Positions 29,097 through 38,669 of a stretch of 64,000 bases of DNA are shown here, piece after piece. How positions within the stretch are numbered: the first letter of the stretch is position 1; the number at the start of each line of letters is the position of its first letter. Source of the DNA: Pseudomonas phage HPP-Temi. The stretch lies in sequence record PP968062.1; one strand, written 5' to 3'. A program made the translations under genes and the position numbers. Under the pieces are notes generated by a model that was not told where the DNA came from, searched no databases, and saw only the letters and a list, made by a program, of their open reading frames with translations.

Positions 29097-29309
29097 TTAG
29101 AACTTCAGTTCGTGCTCCCTGGCTTTGAACACCAGGGGACGTGTACGATCCTGAACACTGACCACAAATTGATCAGTACCAGGAATCTGACCGAGCAGGG
29201 TAAGGGGTTCATCCTTCTCTGCGCAGAGATAAGAAGTTCGGCCTTTCAAGGCCGAAGCTTCGATACGTTCATTTGCACGAACAGTAACACGATAGGTCAT
29301 TTTACTCAC
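29097..29309 (-). CDS. hypothetical protein
   Basis: 70 aa. Confidence 0.45.
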   Translation of the reverse strand: MSKMTYRVTVRANERIEASALKGRTSYLCAEKDEPLTLLGQIPGTDQFVVSVQDRTRPLVFKAREHELKF

Positions 29310-29866
29310 TCGAAATCAATTACACGCCAACGATCATACCCACATGCAGCGAGTAGACCGACTCGTTCCATAGCTGGTACGTAACCTGCCAACTTAACTT
29401 GCTGGAGTTCCCCGATATCCATCCCATGATGCAACGATTTCGCAATAGCCGTGTCCGGATACCACTGCGTCAACGGAATCGAGGTATTGTAGGTGTAACC
29501 GCAGAACACATCATAAACGTGATGATGTTCATTAATGAACAGGCAGTTACCCTGTGCGCCATTATCGTGATGGGTTTCTTGGATGAGTGCACGAATCTCA
29601 CTCAGGTGACCAGAGGTGAAGCTATTGTAGAACTGGTCAACGTCGTCGTCCCAAAGCAGATCACGAATACGACGAACCAGAGTATCTTCACCACCAACGA
29701 TGATACACTTGATTTTCTGTTTGCGTTCTTCCTGCGGGGGATGGTAGGTGTTATCATTGTTCTCATGGAAACGAATGACATGGGTATTGAAACCACAGTC
29801 CTTACGCCCAAAGAAAACAACCTGATCCCCGAAAACAGCTTGAGCAAAATGCATTTGACCTTTCAT
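29306..29866 (-). CDS. hypothetical protein
   Basis: Start at an internal Met just downstream of the preceding stop. The track ORF runs to 29944. Confidence 0.55.
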   Translation of the reverse strand: MKGQMHFAQAVFGDQVVFFGRKDCGFNTHVIRFHENNDNTYHPPQEERKQKIKCIIVGGEDTLVRRIRDLLWDDDVDQFYNSFTSGHLSEIRALIQETHHDNGAQGNCLFINEHHHVYDVFCGYTYNTSIPLTQWYPDTAIAKSLHHGMDIGELQQVKLAGYVPAMERVGLLAACGYDRWRVIDFE

Positions 29867-29868
29867 GA

Positions 29869-30210
29869 TTAATCTTCCAGAATGTGAAGGTTCTCGCCAC
29901 GTTCCAGGAACGGGAGGTACGTTTCGTAGTTGTTGATGACCCACTGACAGGATTCATGCTTCGGGGTATCCCTGAGGAACACGCGCATGAAGGTCAGAAG
30001 ATAGATCAGAGAGGCACGGTTGAAACTCAGACCAGCCTGTTCCCATTCTTCCTTGTATTGGCGGGCCTTATCGATGTGATAATCCAAACCCTCCAATGCA
30101 GCGATGTTAACACCATCGATAGCATTAGCCAAATCCTCGATCATGTACGGGAAAACCAGATCGACGTATTCAGCATGTTCGGTAGCATTTACTTGTTCAA
30201 TGATGTTCAT
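29869..30210 (-). CDS. hypothetical protein
   Basis: 113 aa. Confidence 0.55.
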   Translation of the reverse strand: MNIIEQVNATEHAEYVDLVFPYMIEDLANAIDGVNIAALEGLDYHIDKARQYKEEWEQAGLSFNRASLIYLLTFMRVFLRDTPKHESCQWVINNYETYLPFLERGENLHILED

Positions 30211-30416
30211 ACTTCATTTCCTTGTTTGTAGTAGACAGATTTACGAGAGTTGAGGCAACGCGACATATCGCGGACGGGGAAGAGCCCGTCCGCGTATGCT
30301 GTTACCACCTGTGGTCTTGCCCGAGTGGGAATCTCAGCTACAGCTTTCATGGTTACAGGCAGTACGCCTTTACTGAGAATATCATCGACCAGCGCATTCC
30401 AGGCGGTATTTTTCAT
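30207..30416 (-). CDS. hypothetical protein
   Basis: 69 aa, coupled on both sides. Confidence 0.45.
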   Translation of the reverse strand: MKNTAWNALVDDILSKGVLPVTMKAVAEIPTRARPQVVTAYADGLFPVRDMSRCLNSRKSVYYKQGNEV

Positions 30417-31192
30417 TAGCGGTTGACCTGTTCGCGATAGTCACGATCAGCCAGTGCCAACAGAGACCAGGAAGTCGCTACCGGCAGTTCACGGCAATCA
30501 GTAGCTACATGTTCAACGGTGTAACCCGCTACGCGTTCAGCCACGATATCGATCTGCCAATTTGGATCAGTGATCTGCTTGATCGCTTTCGGACGCGCCA
30601 GATCGTACACAATGCCCTGGAAGGTAATACCAATGACGTTAACCTTACCAGCTGCACGCTTAGAGATCTCGACCATGTCGGATTCTTTCAACAGGTGAGT
30701 ACGACGTACGATGTGTTGCAGATAACGACGAGCGCTACGCATGGCGTTATGTTCGCCCATGAAGTAGAACTGGCTGATGAAAATATGCTCGTTGTTATCA
30801 GTACGGATCTGAACCGGACGAGGAAACCCACTACCGATACCCAGGTTCAGAGTGGTCTTTTTGTCCATGGCGTAGAAGTCCACATACTTCTTACGCAGCA
30901 TATAGAGTTCACCAGTGGGAGTCAGATAGATCTTGGTGGCGCTGGAATCATCTACTTCGACTTCATTCAGTTCGCAATAGATACCCAGACCTTGTACAAC
31001 CGATTGTGCTTGTAGTAGCCGTTCTTCAGTGAGGCGTTTCGAATAGGTCACCAGTGTATCTGCGATTACACCAACAAGCAGGTTCTCACCATTGCAGGGA
31101 ATGATCTCCATACCGATCAGTTCTACAAGCTCTAGAGCCAGCTTTACTTTCTCCGCATCATAGCGGTCATAAATACCAATGAACTTAGCCAT
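30416..31192 (-). CDS. hypothetical protein
   Basis: 258-aa ORF. Confidence 0.65.
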   Translation of the reverse strand: MAKFIGIYDRYDAEKVKLALELVELIGMEIIPCNGENLLVGVIADTLVTYSKRLTEERLLQAQSVVQGLGIYCELNEVEVDDSSATKIYLTPTGELYMLRKKYVDFYAMDKKTTLNLGIGSGFPRPVQIRTDNNEHIFISQFYFMGEHNAMRSARRYLQHIVRRTHLLKESDMVEISKRAAGKVNVIGITFQGIVYDLARPKAIKQITDPNWQIDIVAERVAGYTVEHVATDCRELPVATSWSLLALADRDYREQVNR

Positions 31193-31435
31193 TTCTCATT
31201 TTCCTCTTTTGGTTGAAGTAATTACATACAACAGGGTTTGGGAGTATATTCTTACTCGGTACAGCTACTCTTGAGGTAGCTGAGATCCGAGGAACAATAA
31301 TGCTCGATTGTATCGGGAGTTTAATACTCATTTCGGATGTACCTAAAGGTAGTGTATATTTAAAAGAAGAATAAAGAGGGGTAATCTCCCCCTCATTAGA
31401 TCAAGGTGATCCAGTATAAAATTCCTTATCTTTTT

Positions 31436-31672
31436 TTAGATAAGGTTATTGCTCCAGGTGAAACCATCAGGAGCATTCTTACTAAAGAACTCATTACCCC
31501 AACCAAAAGAAATCTTAAAGTCTTTAACTACACCTGAATCGGAGTTAATAACTTTATATTCACTAACCTCATCGCTATTCTGCAATACAATCAACAGAGC
31601 GATAAGATCTTCAGGATTGCCAATACAGAGCTCATGACGCTTGTCATGCCTCTTAAAGATAACTGTCAGCAT
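31436..31672 (-). CDS. hypothetical protein
   Basis: 78 aa. Confidence 0.5.
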   Translation of the reverse strand: MLTVIFKRHDKRHELCIGNPEDLIALLIVLQNSDEVSEYKVINSDSGVVKDFKISFGWGNEFFSKNAPDGFTWSNNLI

Positions 31673-31713
31673 ATCAAACCTCGTGACGAAATAAAGAGAG
31701 CTCCGAAGAGCTC

Positions 31714-32229
31714 TCAGAATCTGTACATCAAAACATCGTCAGGATAACGACGTAGTAGAACTCTAAAGTCCGTATCCATAGGAGCTGTAGTGATGGTAAC
31801 AACTTTACCCTTCATTACTTCTCGAATGTTAACTTCTTCAACAGTGACATTATGGATTGTCTTACGAGTAGTCCATTCAGTGTCAATGTTGTTATACGGG
31901 TTATTGTTCTTCTGCCATCCATCAGACTCTCTGAAAGGAATGGTGTATACGTAGATAGTCAGCTTGAGGAACTCTTCAAGCGTGATCAGTCGGTCAGCAA
32001 AGATCCAGATGTCTCCATTGATCTCTACGAATCGATGAGAGTTAAACTCTTTCTCTACCGCGCTACCAATACCTAACAATTCAGCCTCTCGTTTGTCAGA
32101 GGACGCGTACAGGTTAAGGTTAGATTCAACCCCATCCCAAACGGTTAACTTACCTGACCTTTTAAAGCCCGGCATGAGTTCCTTCTGCTTGTAGAGAGAA
32201 CCGTGATACAACAGCTCTGGTTTGTCCAT
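31714..32229 (-). CDS. hypothetical protein with N-terminal LYHGS motif (possible Tpt1/KptA-like or H-Y-E class ADP-ribosyltransferase fold)
   Basis: 171 aa. The segment LLYHGSLYK....GFKRSGKL..W resembles the KptA segment LYHGT...AGERHYVHL. The match is weak. Confidence 0.55.
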   Translation of the reverse strand: MDKPELLYHGSLYKQKELMPGFKRSGKLTVWDGVESNLNLYASSDKREAELLGIGSAVEKEFNSHRFVEINGDIWIFADRLITLEEFLKLTIYVYTIPFRESDGWQKNNNPYNNIDTEWTTRKTIHNVTVEEVNIREVMKGKVVTITTAPMDTDFRVLLRRYPDDVLMYRF

Positions 32230-32293
32230 GGTGCGATTCTCTTAATAAACTCATACGATGGATGCCTTTTACGACATCCATCGCTAGAGAGCC

Positions 32294-32668
32294 TTACAGA
32301 GCCTTGTAGCTATCGTCCATGTCGATGGGGGAACCCATATGGAGTTGGAAGCGATCGAATAGGCTATCCATGTTCACTCGCAGTGCACGGATGTTCATGC
32401 GATTGTCTTCCGGGCGGCCTTCGGATTCCCATACCTCATGTGCGATACCAGGAGCGACGTTATTCAGGTAATCCTGAACTTCGTCTTCTTCGAGCAACAG
32501 AGTGCCTTGTAAACCGATACGAGAGATCAGCGCGTAATCACGTTGATTCGCTTTCTTAGAACCCTCACGTACCAGATAACTGGTGCCAGCGCCCGAACGG
32601 CAACCAACGCCGTGGATTTCAACGATGTACTTATCGTGCCAAGTGTGATTCATGGAAATCTTCTCCAT
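32294..32668 (-). CDS. hypothetical protein
   Basis: 124 aa. Confidence 0.55.
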   Translation of the reverse strand: MEKISMNHTWHDKYIVEIHGVGCRSGAGTSYLVREGSKKANQRDYALISRIGLQGTLLLEEDEVQDYLNNVAPGIAHEVWESEGRPEDNRMNIRALRVNMDSLFDRFQLHMGSPIDMDDSYKAL

Positions 32669-33217
32669 TTATTCAACTCGTTTGTAATCAGCCGGAAGAT
32701 GGTTACCTTCCCGTTTCATTACCAGGGGAACGGACAGAGTAACGCCGTCCGCCAGTTTCTCCAGAATGCGGTTAACCGCTGCTGCTTCCTGGAGGTTGGT
32801 GCACGGCATTGCGATGGCGTCACCGTAGTACGGACTGTGGTTGATGCTGTCGCCGAACAGGCTATCGACGAAACCGTATTCCAGGCAATCTACAGTAGTC
32901 ATGATAACGACAACGTTGTCATCACCAATCATACCGCTTTCGCGATCACCTACGATCTTCAAGCGTTGTTTCCACCCACGTTGGCAGATCCACACTTCAT
33001 GATAGCGGTAGGGGAACAGCGTTGCCCCGGTCATGGGATCGACTTCACTCACGAAGTACATGGTACCATAGGACGTATCACGGAAGATACCGCCGTCCTT
33101 GTGTTGCTCCCACACTTCTTCGAGACAGTGGGTGTGCTTGTTGATGAACTCGCCATCATTGTTCAGGGTTTCCACGATACCGTCACGGATACGGACAACG
33201 TGCAGGGTTTTGGTCAT
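32669..33217 (-). CDS. hypothetical protein
   Basis: 182 aa. Confidence 0.6.
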   Translation of the reverse strand: MTKTLHVVRIRDGIVETLNNDGEFINKHTHCLEEVWEQHKDGGIFRDTSYGTMYFVSEVDPMTGATLFPYRYHEVWICQRGWKQRLKIVGDRESGMIGDDNVVVIMTTVDCLEYGFVDSLFGDSINHSPYYGDAIAMPCTNLQEAAAVNRILEKLADGVTLSVPLVMKREGNHLPADYKRVE

Positions 33218-33228
33218 GTTGTTTCCTC

Positions 33229-33675
33229 TTAATAGTTTCTGAAGCGTTCTTGGGTTACTTTCTCAGCCAGACGATCAATGACGTAGTTACGACCTACAGT
33301 GAACTGGAGTTTCTGAGGTCCGCTCAACTCTTCCCATTCGGTCAGATGAGGCAGATCCGAGACTTGATCGTATTGTGCTTTATTAAGCTTCGCGATCATC
33401 TCCCACACGTAAGGACCCCCGATAAACCAACGTAGACCCGTGAAGGTATCCCAGTCAGTCAGCTTCACGCCGTAGAGACTGAGATCAACTCCTGCTTCTT
33501 CTGCCATCTTACAGGTCTTTTTATAGGCATCGAATACCGCACGAAGGCGATGGTCGAAACCATCACCCTCGCACATTTCGATAGCTACGATCAACATCGG
33601 AAACGTATCACTGTAGAACTTGATTAGTTTCCGGTTTGCTGCCTCTTTAGCTTTCTGCTGTTGCGTCTTTGCCAT
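33229..33675 (-). CDS. hypothetical protein (paralog family with 33647..34144 and 35661..36179)
   Basis: 148 aa; its N-terminus MAKTQQQKAKEA resembles MAKSKEQKKAEA of 35661..36179. Confidence 0.6.
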   Translation of the reverse strand: MAKTQQQKAKEAANRKLIKFYSDTFPMLIVAIEMCEGDGFDHRLRAVFDAYKKTCKMAEEAGVDLSLYGVKLTDWDTFTGLRWFIGGPYVWEMIAKLNKAQYDQVSDLPHLTEWEELSGPQKLQFTVGRNYVIDRLAEKVTQERFRNY

Positions 33676-34144
33676 TTTGAATTTCCCTGAACTCAGCGAA
33701 GAGTTCTTTTTGATTGTCGTAGTGACGGAAGGCTTTGTTCAGAACACTGATCGCACGCCCGAACATCTTGCGATCTTCACGAGAATGCTCTGACCAGGTC
33801 GGAATGCGACGACGTTTAACCTGCTCGTTGAGATGGCCAACCATATCCCAGAAGGCATAGGTGATCATCCAGTTGGCATGTTCATAGACCGAGTAGTTAT
33901 CCGGATTGACGTCACAGACATCTATCTGCAAACCTGCTTCCTTTGCATAAGCCATGATGCGCTTATGCTTAGTCAGCAACTGGGTCATTACGTCTTCGTT
34001 CGGAATCCCCTTACCAAAGAAGGTGTGGAGATTCTTTATCTGGAGCATGTAGCCGCGGTAACCTTTACTGAAAAAGGAATTCCGCATTTCAGAGCGAGTG
34101 CTACTTTTCTTTACCTCAATCATCTTTACGCTCCACACGACCAC
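33647..34144 (-). CDS. hypothetical protein
   Basis: 165 aa; the start is uncertain and the ORF overlaps its neighbour by 29 nt. Confidence 0.5.
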   Translation of the reverse strand: MVVWSVKMIEVKKSSTRSEMRNSFFSKGYRGYMLQIKNLHTFFGKGIPNEDVMTQLLTKHKRIMAYAKEAGLQIDVCDVNPDNYSVYEHANWMITYAFWDMVGHLNEQVKRRRIPTWSEHSREDRKMFGRAISVLNKAFRHYDNQKELFAEFREIQNGKDATAES

Positions 34145-34706
34145 CCAGGTTGTACTGGACCTTGAACTGCATCATCACCGGAGTGTTAGTCTGGGGACGC
34201 TCGGGGATCTCGTGATATTCACCGTCGAAACGAGTGAACGTCATTTCCCCTTGCAGCGCTTTGTAGATACTTGGCATGTAGTGAACATACCAGAGTTGAT
34301 CATCTTTCAGTGCATAATGACCGAAGCTATTTGTGTTGCGTGCATCGGTAACAACACGAATGTTCTTACCGAGTACATCACCGATGAACGCCAGATGATC
34401 ATCCAGTTCCATACCTTCAGCGGCATTGAACGTAGTGATGACTTCAGGTGCCAGGTACATCTCACGGAGAGTGTCATTGAGCGGATAGATCAGATGAGTC
34501 TCAACACCTTCCAACCACTTACCGAACTTACCCAGGTGATCCTGTTTGTCGGTACCAACCAATACTGTATCATCGTCATACGGCAGGGTAATCAGATCGT
34601 ACCCCTCGGCACGGGCACGTTGATGACCACAACCGTGGAAGTTGATACGCAACAGAGCCATGGCTTGAAGTTTGCCTCGGAGGGCTTCCAGAGTCACTCG
34701 TGACAT
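34116..34706 (-). CDS. hypothetical protein
   Basis: 196 aa. Confidence 0.6.
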   Translation of the reverse strand: MSRVTLEALRGKLQAMALLRINFHGCGHQRARAEGYDLITLPYDDDTVLVGTDKQDHLGKFGKWLEGVETHLIYPLNDTLREMYLAPEVITTFNAAEGMELDDHLAFIGDVLGKNIRVVTDARNTNSFGHYALKDDQLWYVHYMPSIYKALQGEMTFTRFDGEYHEIPERPQTNTPVMMQFKVQYNLGGRVERKDD

Positions 34707-34716
34707 TTTCTATTCC

Positions 34717-35178
34717 TCAGAATACCTTGTTAATGATGGCTGCGCGGAAGCGAGACCACTCAGTTTGACTAACTGCCAGGTGACGTTCTTTCGGACGCCA
34801 CAGGTGATCGCCACAATCGAGACCCAGGTAAAGCATGTTCGCTTTCCATTGGTTCCGATGGTTACGCAGAGTAGCAGACAGACTGAACTCGCACATGACT
34901 TCGTCAACATCCAGATGAACCAGAGTTTCACTGGTCATACCGCTCATACTGATGCCGAGTGCTTTACGCACCCGGATCAGATCTTCGGTCATCGTCCGCC
35001 ATGTCCGGATATGGGCATAGTACTCATCCGGAGTCATGCTGTTCTTGTAGTACAGGCCGCCCGGAGTCATTGCCATCCAATCCGGGAACTGCGAAACTAT
35101 GTAATACATCCAATCACTGTTGTGACGGAGTTCGTTCAGCTTTTCTTGGATCACGAGGTTAGTGGTTGCCTTAGCCAT
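34717..35178 (-). CDS. hypothetical protein, tandem paralog A
   Basis: 153 aa; shares with the next gene the pattern L.EKL.EL....YY.V...FP..M..MP.GL.YK. Confidence 0.6.
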   Translation of the reverse strand: MAKATTNLVIQEKLNELRHNSDWMYYIVSQFPDWMAMTPGGLYYKNSMTPDEYYAHIRTWRTMTEDLIRVRKALGISMSGMTSETLVHLDVDEVMCEFSLSATLRNHRNQWKANMLYLGLDCGDHLWRPKERHLAVSQTEWSRFRAAIINKVF

Positions 35179-35633
35179 TAGACAGTTACCTCGCGCAGAT
35201 ACTCGATAACTGCTTCCTGGAATTCCAACCAGATAGCACGCATATCGACATCATCACGTTGACGAGCACGCCATACATCCGACTCACTCGGAAGCTCCAA
35301 GGCTTTGCAGATATCGCGCCATTGGTGCAGGTATTTACGAATACCAGCAGGAGTGTAAACTACCACCATCGCATCGACGGTAGCCAGTTTGACGAAAGCC
35401 TCGTCTTCGTTCGGCATACCACCCCAGCTAACATCGATCTCACGAACGAGATCGTTCAGTTCAGCCAGGCGATTGTGAAACTCGATCACACCTTCACGAC
35501 CCGGCTTGTAGTTCAGACCAGAAGGCATGGTGCGCATCATGGCCGGGAACAGTTCAGTCAGGACAGCGTAGTAACGTTCATCCTTGGCAAGTTCACGGAG
35601 TTTGTTTTCGAGCATGGAGTTAATCTTAGGCAT
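35178..35633 (-). CDS. hypothetical protein, tandem paralog B
   Basis: 151 aa; see paralog A. Confidence 0.6.
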   Translation of the reverse strand: MPKINSMLENKLRELAKDERYYAVLTELFPAMMRTMPSGLNYKPGREGVIEFHNRLAELNDLVREIDVSWGGMPNEDEAFVKLATVDAMVVVYTPAGIRKYLHQWRDICKALELPSESDVWRARQRDDVDMRAIWLEFQEAVIEYLREVTV

Positions 35634-35660
35634 TTCTATTTCCTCAGGGCTTGATGGAAT

Positions 35661-36179
35661 TTAAACGGTTGCAGGTTTTGGTTTGACGGACTTGATGATC
35701 TCGCTGTACGACATCCAGTTATAGTTGGTGAAGAACTCCGGATGATTTGCTTTCAGCCATTTAACGAACTTATCCAGTTCGACTTCCCGTACGATACCAT
35801 TACCATAGAGATCTCGACGGCATGGATGATCTTCGGGTATTTCAGCGCAATGTGCCTCGTGCATTTGTCGCAACAACTCCAACAAATTTTCTTTACGTCC
35901 AATCATGAACGTAAACACATGCACTGGATCCCAACCGGTCATAGTGGTCCATACGGATTTATTAGCTGTCAGGTTTTCGAGTTTAAGCTCTTTCACCTTA
36001 TCCATCAGTAGTTTACATTGAACAAGCATCCCTCGTAGCTGTTCTTCCGGATCTCCGTCAATAATCCAGTGAGAACCGCCAGGCATATAACCGCAGAAGG
36101 TGTAAAGGCTATCACGCAAATATGCATGACGACCGCGTTCCAAAGCTTCTGCTTTCTTTTGTTCCTTAGATTTAGCCAT
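35661..36179 (-). CDS. hypothetical protein
   Basis: Start at an internal Met with an SD gaggg. The track ORF runs to 36239. Confidence 0.55.
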   Translation of the reverse strand: MAKSKEQKKAEALERGRHAYLRDSLYTFCGYMPGGSHWIIDGDPEEQLRGMLVQCKLLMDKVKELKLENLTANKSVWTTMTGWDPVHVFTFMIGRKENLLELLRQMHEAHCAEIPEDHPCRRDLYGNGIVREVELDKFVKWLKANHPEFFTNYNWMSYSEIIKSVKPKPATV

Positions 36180-36630
36180 TTTCATAACCCTCGTCAGATT
36201 TGTAAGTGCGTTCTGGACTGAACACGTACTTGATGTCATGAATCACCGCTGTGATATAGACCTGATATTCTTTTGAAATAGACTCCATCTGTTCTACAGT
36301 CACTTCTTCCAAAGACGAGATCTTGGCATAAGCGTCATCAAGAAGATCATCATCATTGCCGAACAACCATCCCCGGTCAGAGGAACTGATAACCGGATAA
36401 TGAACCCAGGTACGGATATAAGGCTTACCCAGATGGATCACCTGAATGACCTCATTGTGGGATTGACCTTTCTTTTTGTTCACGTACTTGACATGACGCT
36501 CAATGTACGCATAGATACCCGAGCAATGCTCGTTGGCGTAAGCGGCCAATTCGAAACCGTACTTATGGCCTACGTTGTTGGGATCACGACGCCATTGCGG
36601 AATGAAAGCTTTCATTTGAATTCGTACCAT
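36172..36630 (-). CDS. hypothetical protein
   Basis: 152 aa. Confidence 0.6.
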   Translation of the reverse strand: MVRIQMKAFIPQWRRDPNNVGHKYGFELAAYANEHCSGIYAYIERHVKYVNKKKGQSHNEVIQVIHLGKPYIRTWVHYPVISSSDRGWLFGNDDDLLDDAYAKISSLEEVTVEQMESISKEYQVYITAVIHDIKYVFSPERTYKSDEGYENG

Positions 36631-37127
36631 CCATAAATAGTCAGATCGAGGTCTTTCCAGAACAACTGGGAAAACTCCTCGAAGGTATCGGCATTCTCCA
36701 GTTCGTCCAACTCGACGTCAGGAGATTTAACGAAGCTCATCCCCGTCTCGGGATAAACGTCAGTGATGATGCGAGTGGTGTTGTCCGAATAGTCACGAGT
36801 GAACGTGGTTACGGAACGATCGGTGAACAGAGCGACACTGAGATCACCTTTATGGTTACCCAATTCGTCAGTTACAGCGTCGATGATATCGACATCGATA
36901 ATGTTGCCGCCGAAGTCGAGGATCTTCAGACGGTTACGAACCAGCTCACTGGCTACCCAATCATCGGATTTGATGACCAGGAGTTTAGCTACCTCGCCAT
37001 TGTAGGTAACCAGATCATCCGCACCTTCTACACGGAGGCTCCAGTCGAAACGGATGTCGGTATCCCCGACACCTTTGTCATGAGCGATGATGACGCCTTG
37101 TTTGCCATAAACTACGATGTGCTTCAT
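36612..37127 (-). CDS. hypothetical protein
   Basis: 171 aa. Confidence 0.6.
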   Translation of the reverse strand: MKHIVVYGKQGVIIAHDKGVGDTDIRFDWSLRVEGADDLVTYNGEVAKLLVIKSDDWVASELVRNRLKILDFGGNIIDVDIIDAVTDELGNHKGDLSVALFTDRSVTTFTRDYSDNTTRIITDVYPETGMSFVKSPDVELDELENADTFEEFSQLFWKDLDLTIYGWYEFK

Positions 37128-37144
37128 TTGTATATTCCTTTTGA

Positions 37145-37525
37145 TTAATTGAAACGACTAAATGCATTCCACCACTCTTCATCACGAATGTGAAGAGTCG
37201 TGCACAGATCGATGATCGCGTCGAAGAGCAGAACGGTTGTCGGATTCCGTCCAATGAACTCGCGCTGGAAAGAAGTGAAGATAGCGATGATGTTATCACC
37301 GTCTTCAGTATCGAACAGGATCTGGTCATGGACCAGTGCCATGTCGTAGAAGTCGACTTTATTCAGAGTTTCAAGAAGAACTTCAAGTCGCTTGAGAGCG
37401 GTGTTCAGCTCGAAAACGATGACCGGGTTGCAACCACGGTCTTTATGGTGATGCATGCGATGCTTGGAGATACGCTCTACGATCAAGCGAGGAAGACCTT
37501 GTACATCTACGAGTTTACCTTTCAT
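37145..37525 (-). CDS. hypothetical protein
   Basis: 126 aa. Confidence 0.55.
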   Translation of the reverse strand: MKGKLVDVQGLPRLIVERISKHRMHHHKDRGCNPVIVFELNTALKRLEVLLETLNKVDFYDMALVHDQILFDTEDGDNIIAIFTSFQREFIGRNPTTVLLFDAIIDLCTTLHIRDEEWWNAFSRFN

Positions 37526-37580
37526 TTTGATTTTCCTTTTTTGCGAAATAAATGCCCTCCCGAAGGAGGGCGATATGTTG

Positions 37581-38060
37581 TTACAGGTTGATGACGGTTA
37601 CGAACTCGAACACGCGGTTCAGCTCTTCGTCGCGGTACGCTTGACGGAAAGGCTTGCCCTCAACGCCGCAATACGGGAAGAACAGTTTGCGATGCTCGGT
37701 CTCACCGAACCAGAAGGTCGTGGTATTGGAATCGATGATCCCATGCGTAGCCACACCACGGATGTTCTGGAATACGTGAACCGCCTTCTCAGCGATCACA
37801 CGCAGTTCCACACCATGTTCGTTCATCATGGCCAGGATGTCCTCACGACTGTAGTCAGTACGCTCGGCATTGGTCATGATCTCGTGAACCAGAGAACGCT
37901 TCTCTTTGTCACCGAAGCAGATGCAAACCAACTGGACCAAAGAGCCTTCGATCTTGAGTTGGTTGATCGGCTTGAACAGAACGATGTTCTCGTACTTGAA
38001 ATCGTTGGTAACGATCAGAACGGAACTGTCGCGTACAGCGATACCCAGACTGTAAGTCAT
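37581..38060 (-). CDS. hypothetical protein; possible Ntn-hydrolase (HslV/proteasome-beta-like) fold
   Basis: 159 aa. The N-terminus MTYSLGIAVRDSSVLIVTND is patterned like the HslV start TTIVSVRRNGHVVIAGDG. The match is weak. Confidence 0.55.
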   Translation of the reverse strand: MTYSLGIAVRDSSVLIVTNDFKYENIVLFKPINQLKIEGSLVQLVCICFGDKEKRSLVHEIMTNAERTDYSREDILAMMNEHGVELRVIAEKAVHVFQNIRGVATHGIIDSNTTTFWFGETEHRKLFFPYCGVEGKPFRQAYRDEELNRVFEFVTVINL

Positions 38061-38064
38061 GTTT

Positions 38065-38424
38065 TTATTCCTCTTTAGAAATTGAAATGGTGGCTACCGC
38101 AGCGACCTCATGATCACGAAGGTAAACCAGTTTTACTTTGTAGTTACCAGCAGGCTGACCCATTGCTAGAAGCATTTTGGGTAGATCAGGCTGAGTGGAG
38201 ACATGCGCCAGCATCAACTGGGCAGTCTTGAAGTCTTGCCAACGGACCACTTCCTGTTGTTGGAAGGTAATAGCCCATACAGCAATCTTTTCCCCTTTCT
38301 TTCTAACGAACCACAGAAGGTCTTGATCGTCTTCGGTCGTGACCTTCATGTAGTACGGAGATTGAACGGGGAGCATCAGGTTACGAACATTATTCGCACC
38401 TGACGTATCCCAGTTGAATACCAT
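38065..38424 (-). CDS. hypothetical protein
   Basis: 119 aa. Confidence 0.55.
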   Translation of the reverse strand: MVFNWDTSGANNVRNLMLPVQSPYYMKVTTEDDQDLLWFVRKKGEKIAVWAITFQQQEVVRWQDFKTAQLMLAHVSTQPDLPKMLLAMGQPAGNYKVKLVYLRDHEVAAVATISISKEE

Positions 38425-38431
38425 GCTTACC

Positions 38432-38662
38432 TCACAGAGTCGGTAGCGGGAATGCCGGATTCACACGGATATCAGCTTCAGTCACGTAGACATAGCTGAT
38501 GGTGGTTTCATCACGACGGATACCGTACATCGCTGGAGCTTTGGCAGGATCAACTACCATGATGCGTCCCGGTTGTTCGGCTTCCATGTACACCTCACCC
38601 TTGCTATTCTTGATCTGGGTGTTGGTGATGATGTAAGTACTACACTTGAATTTCTTTTCCAT
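38432..38662 (-). CDS. hypothetical protein
   Basis: Start at an internal Met with an SD gagga. The track ORF runs to 38731. Confidence 0.5.
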   Translation of the reverse strand: MEKKFKCSTYIITNTQIKNSKGEVYMEAEQPGRIMVVDPAKAPAMYGIRRDETTISYVYVTEADIRVNPAFPLPTL

Positions 38663-38669
38663 GTCGTCC

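Noticed and set aside
32543-35181. Long plus-strand ORFs (32543..33232, 34098..34703, 34672..35181) antisense to minus-strand genes
   Set aside because: They are shadow ORFs of a GC-balanced minus-strand operon. They have no SD, and the minus-strand genes are coupled end to end.
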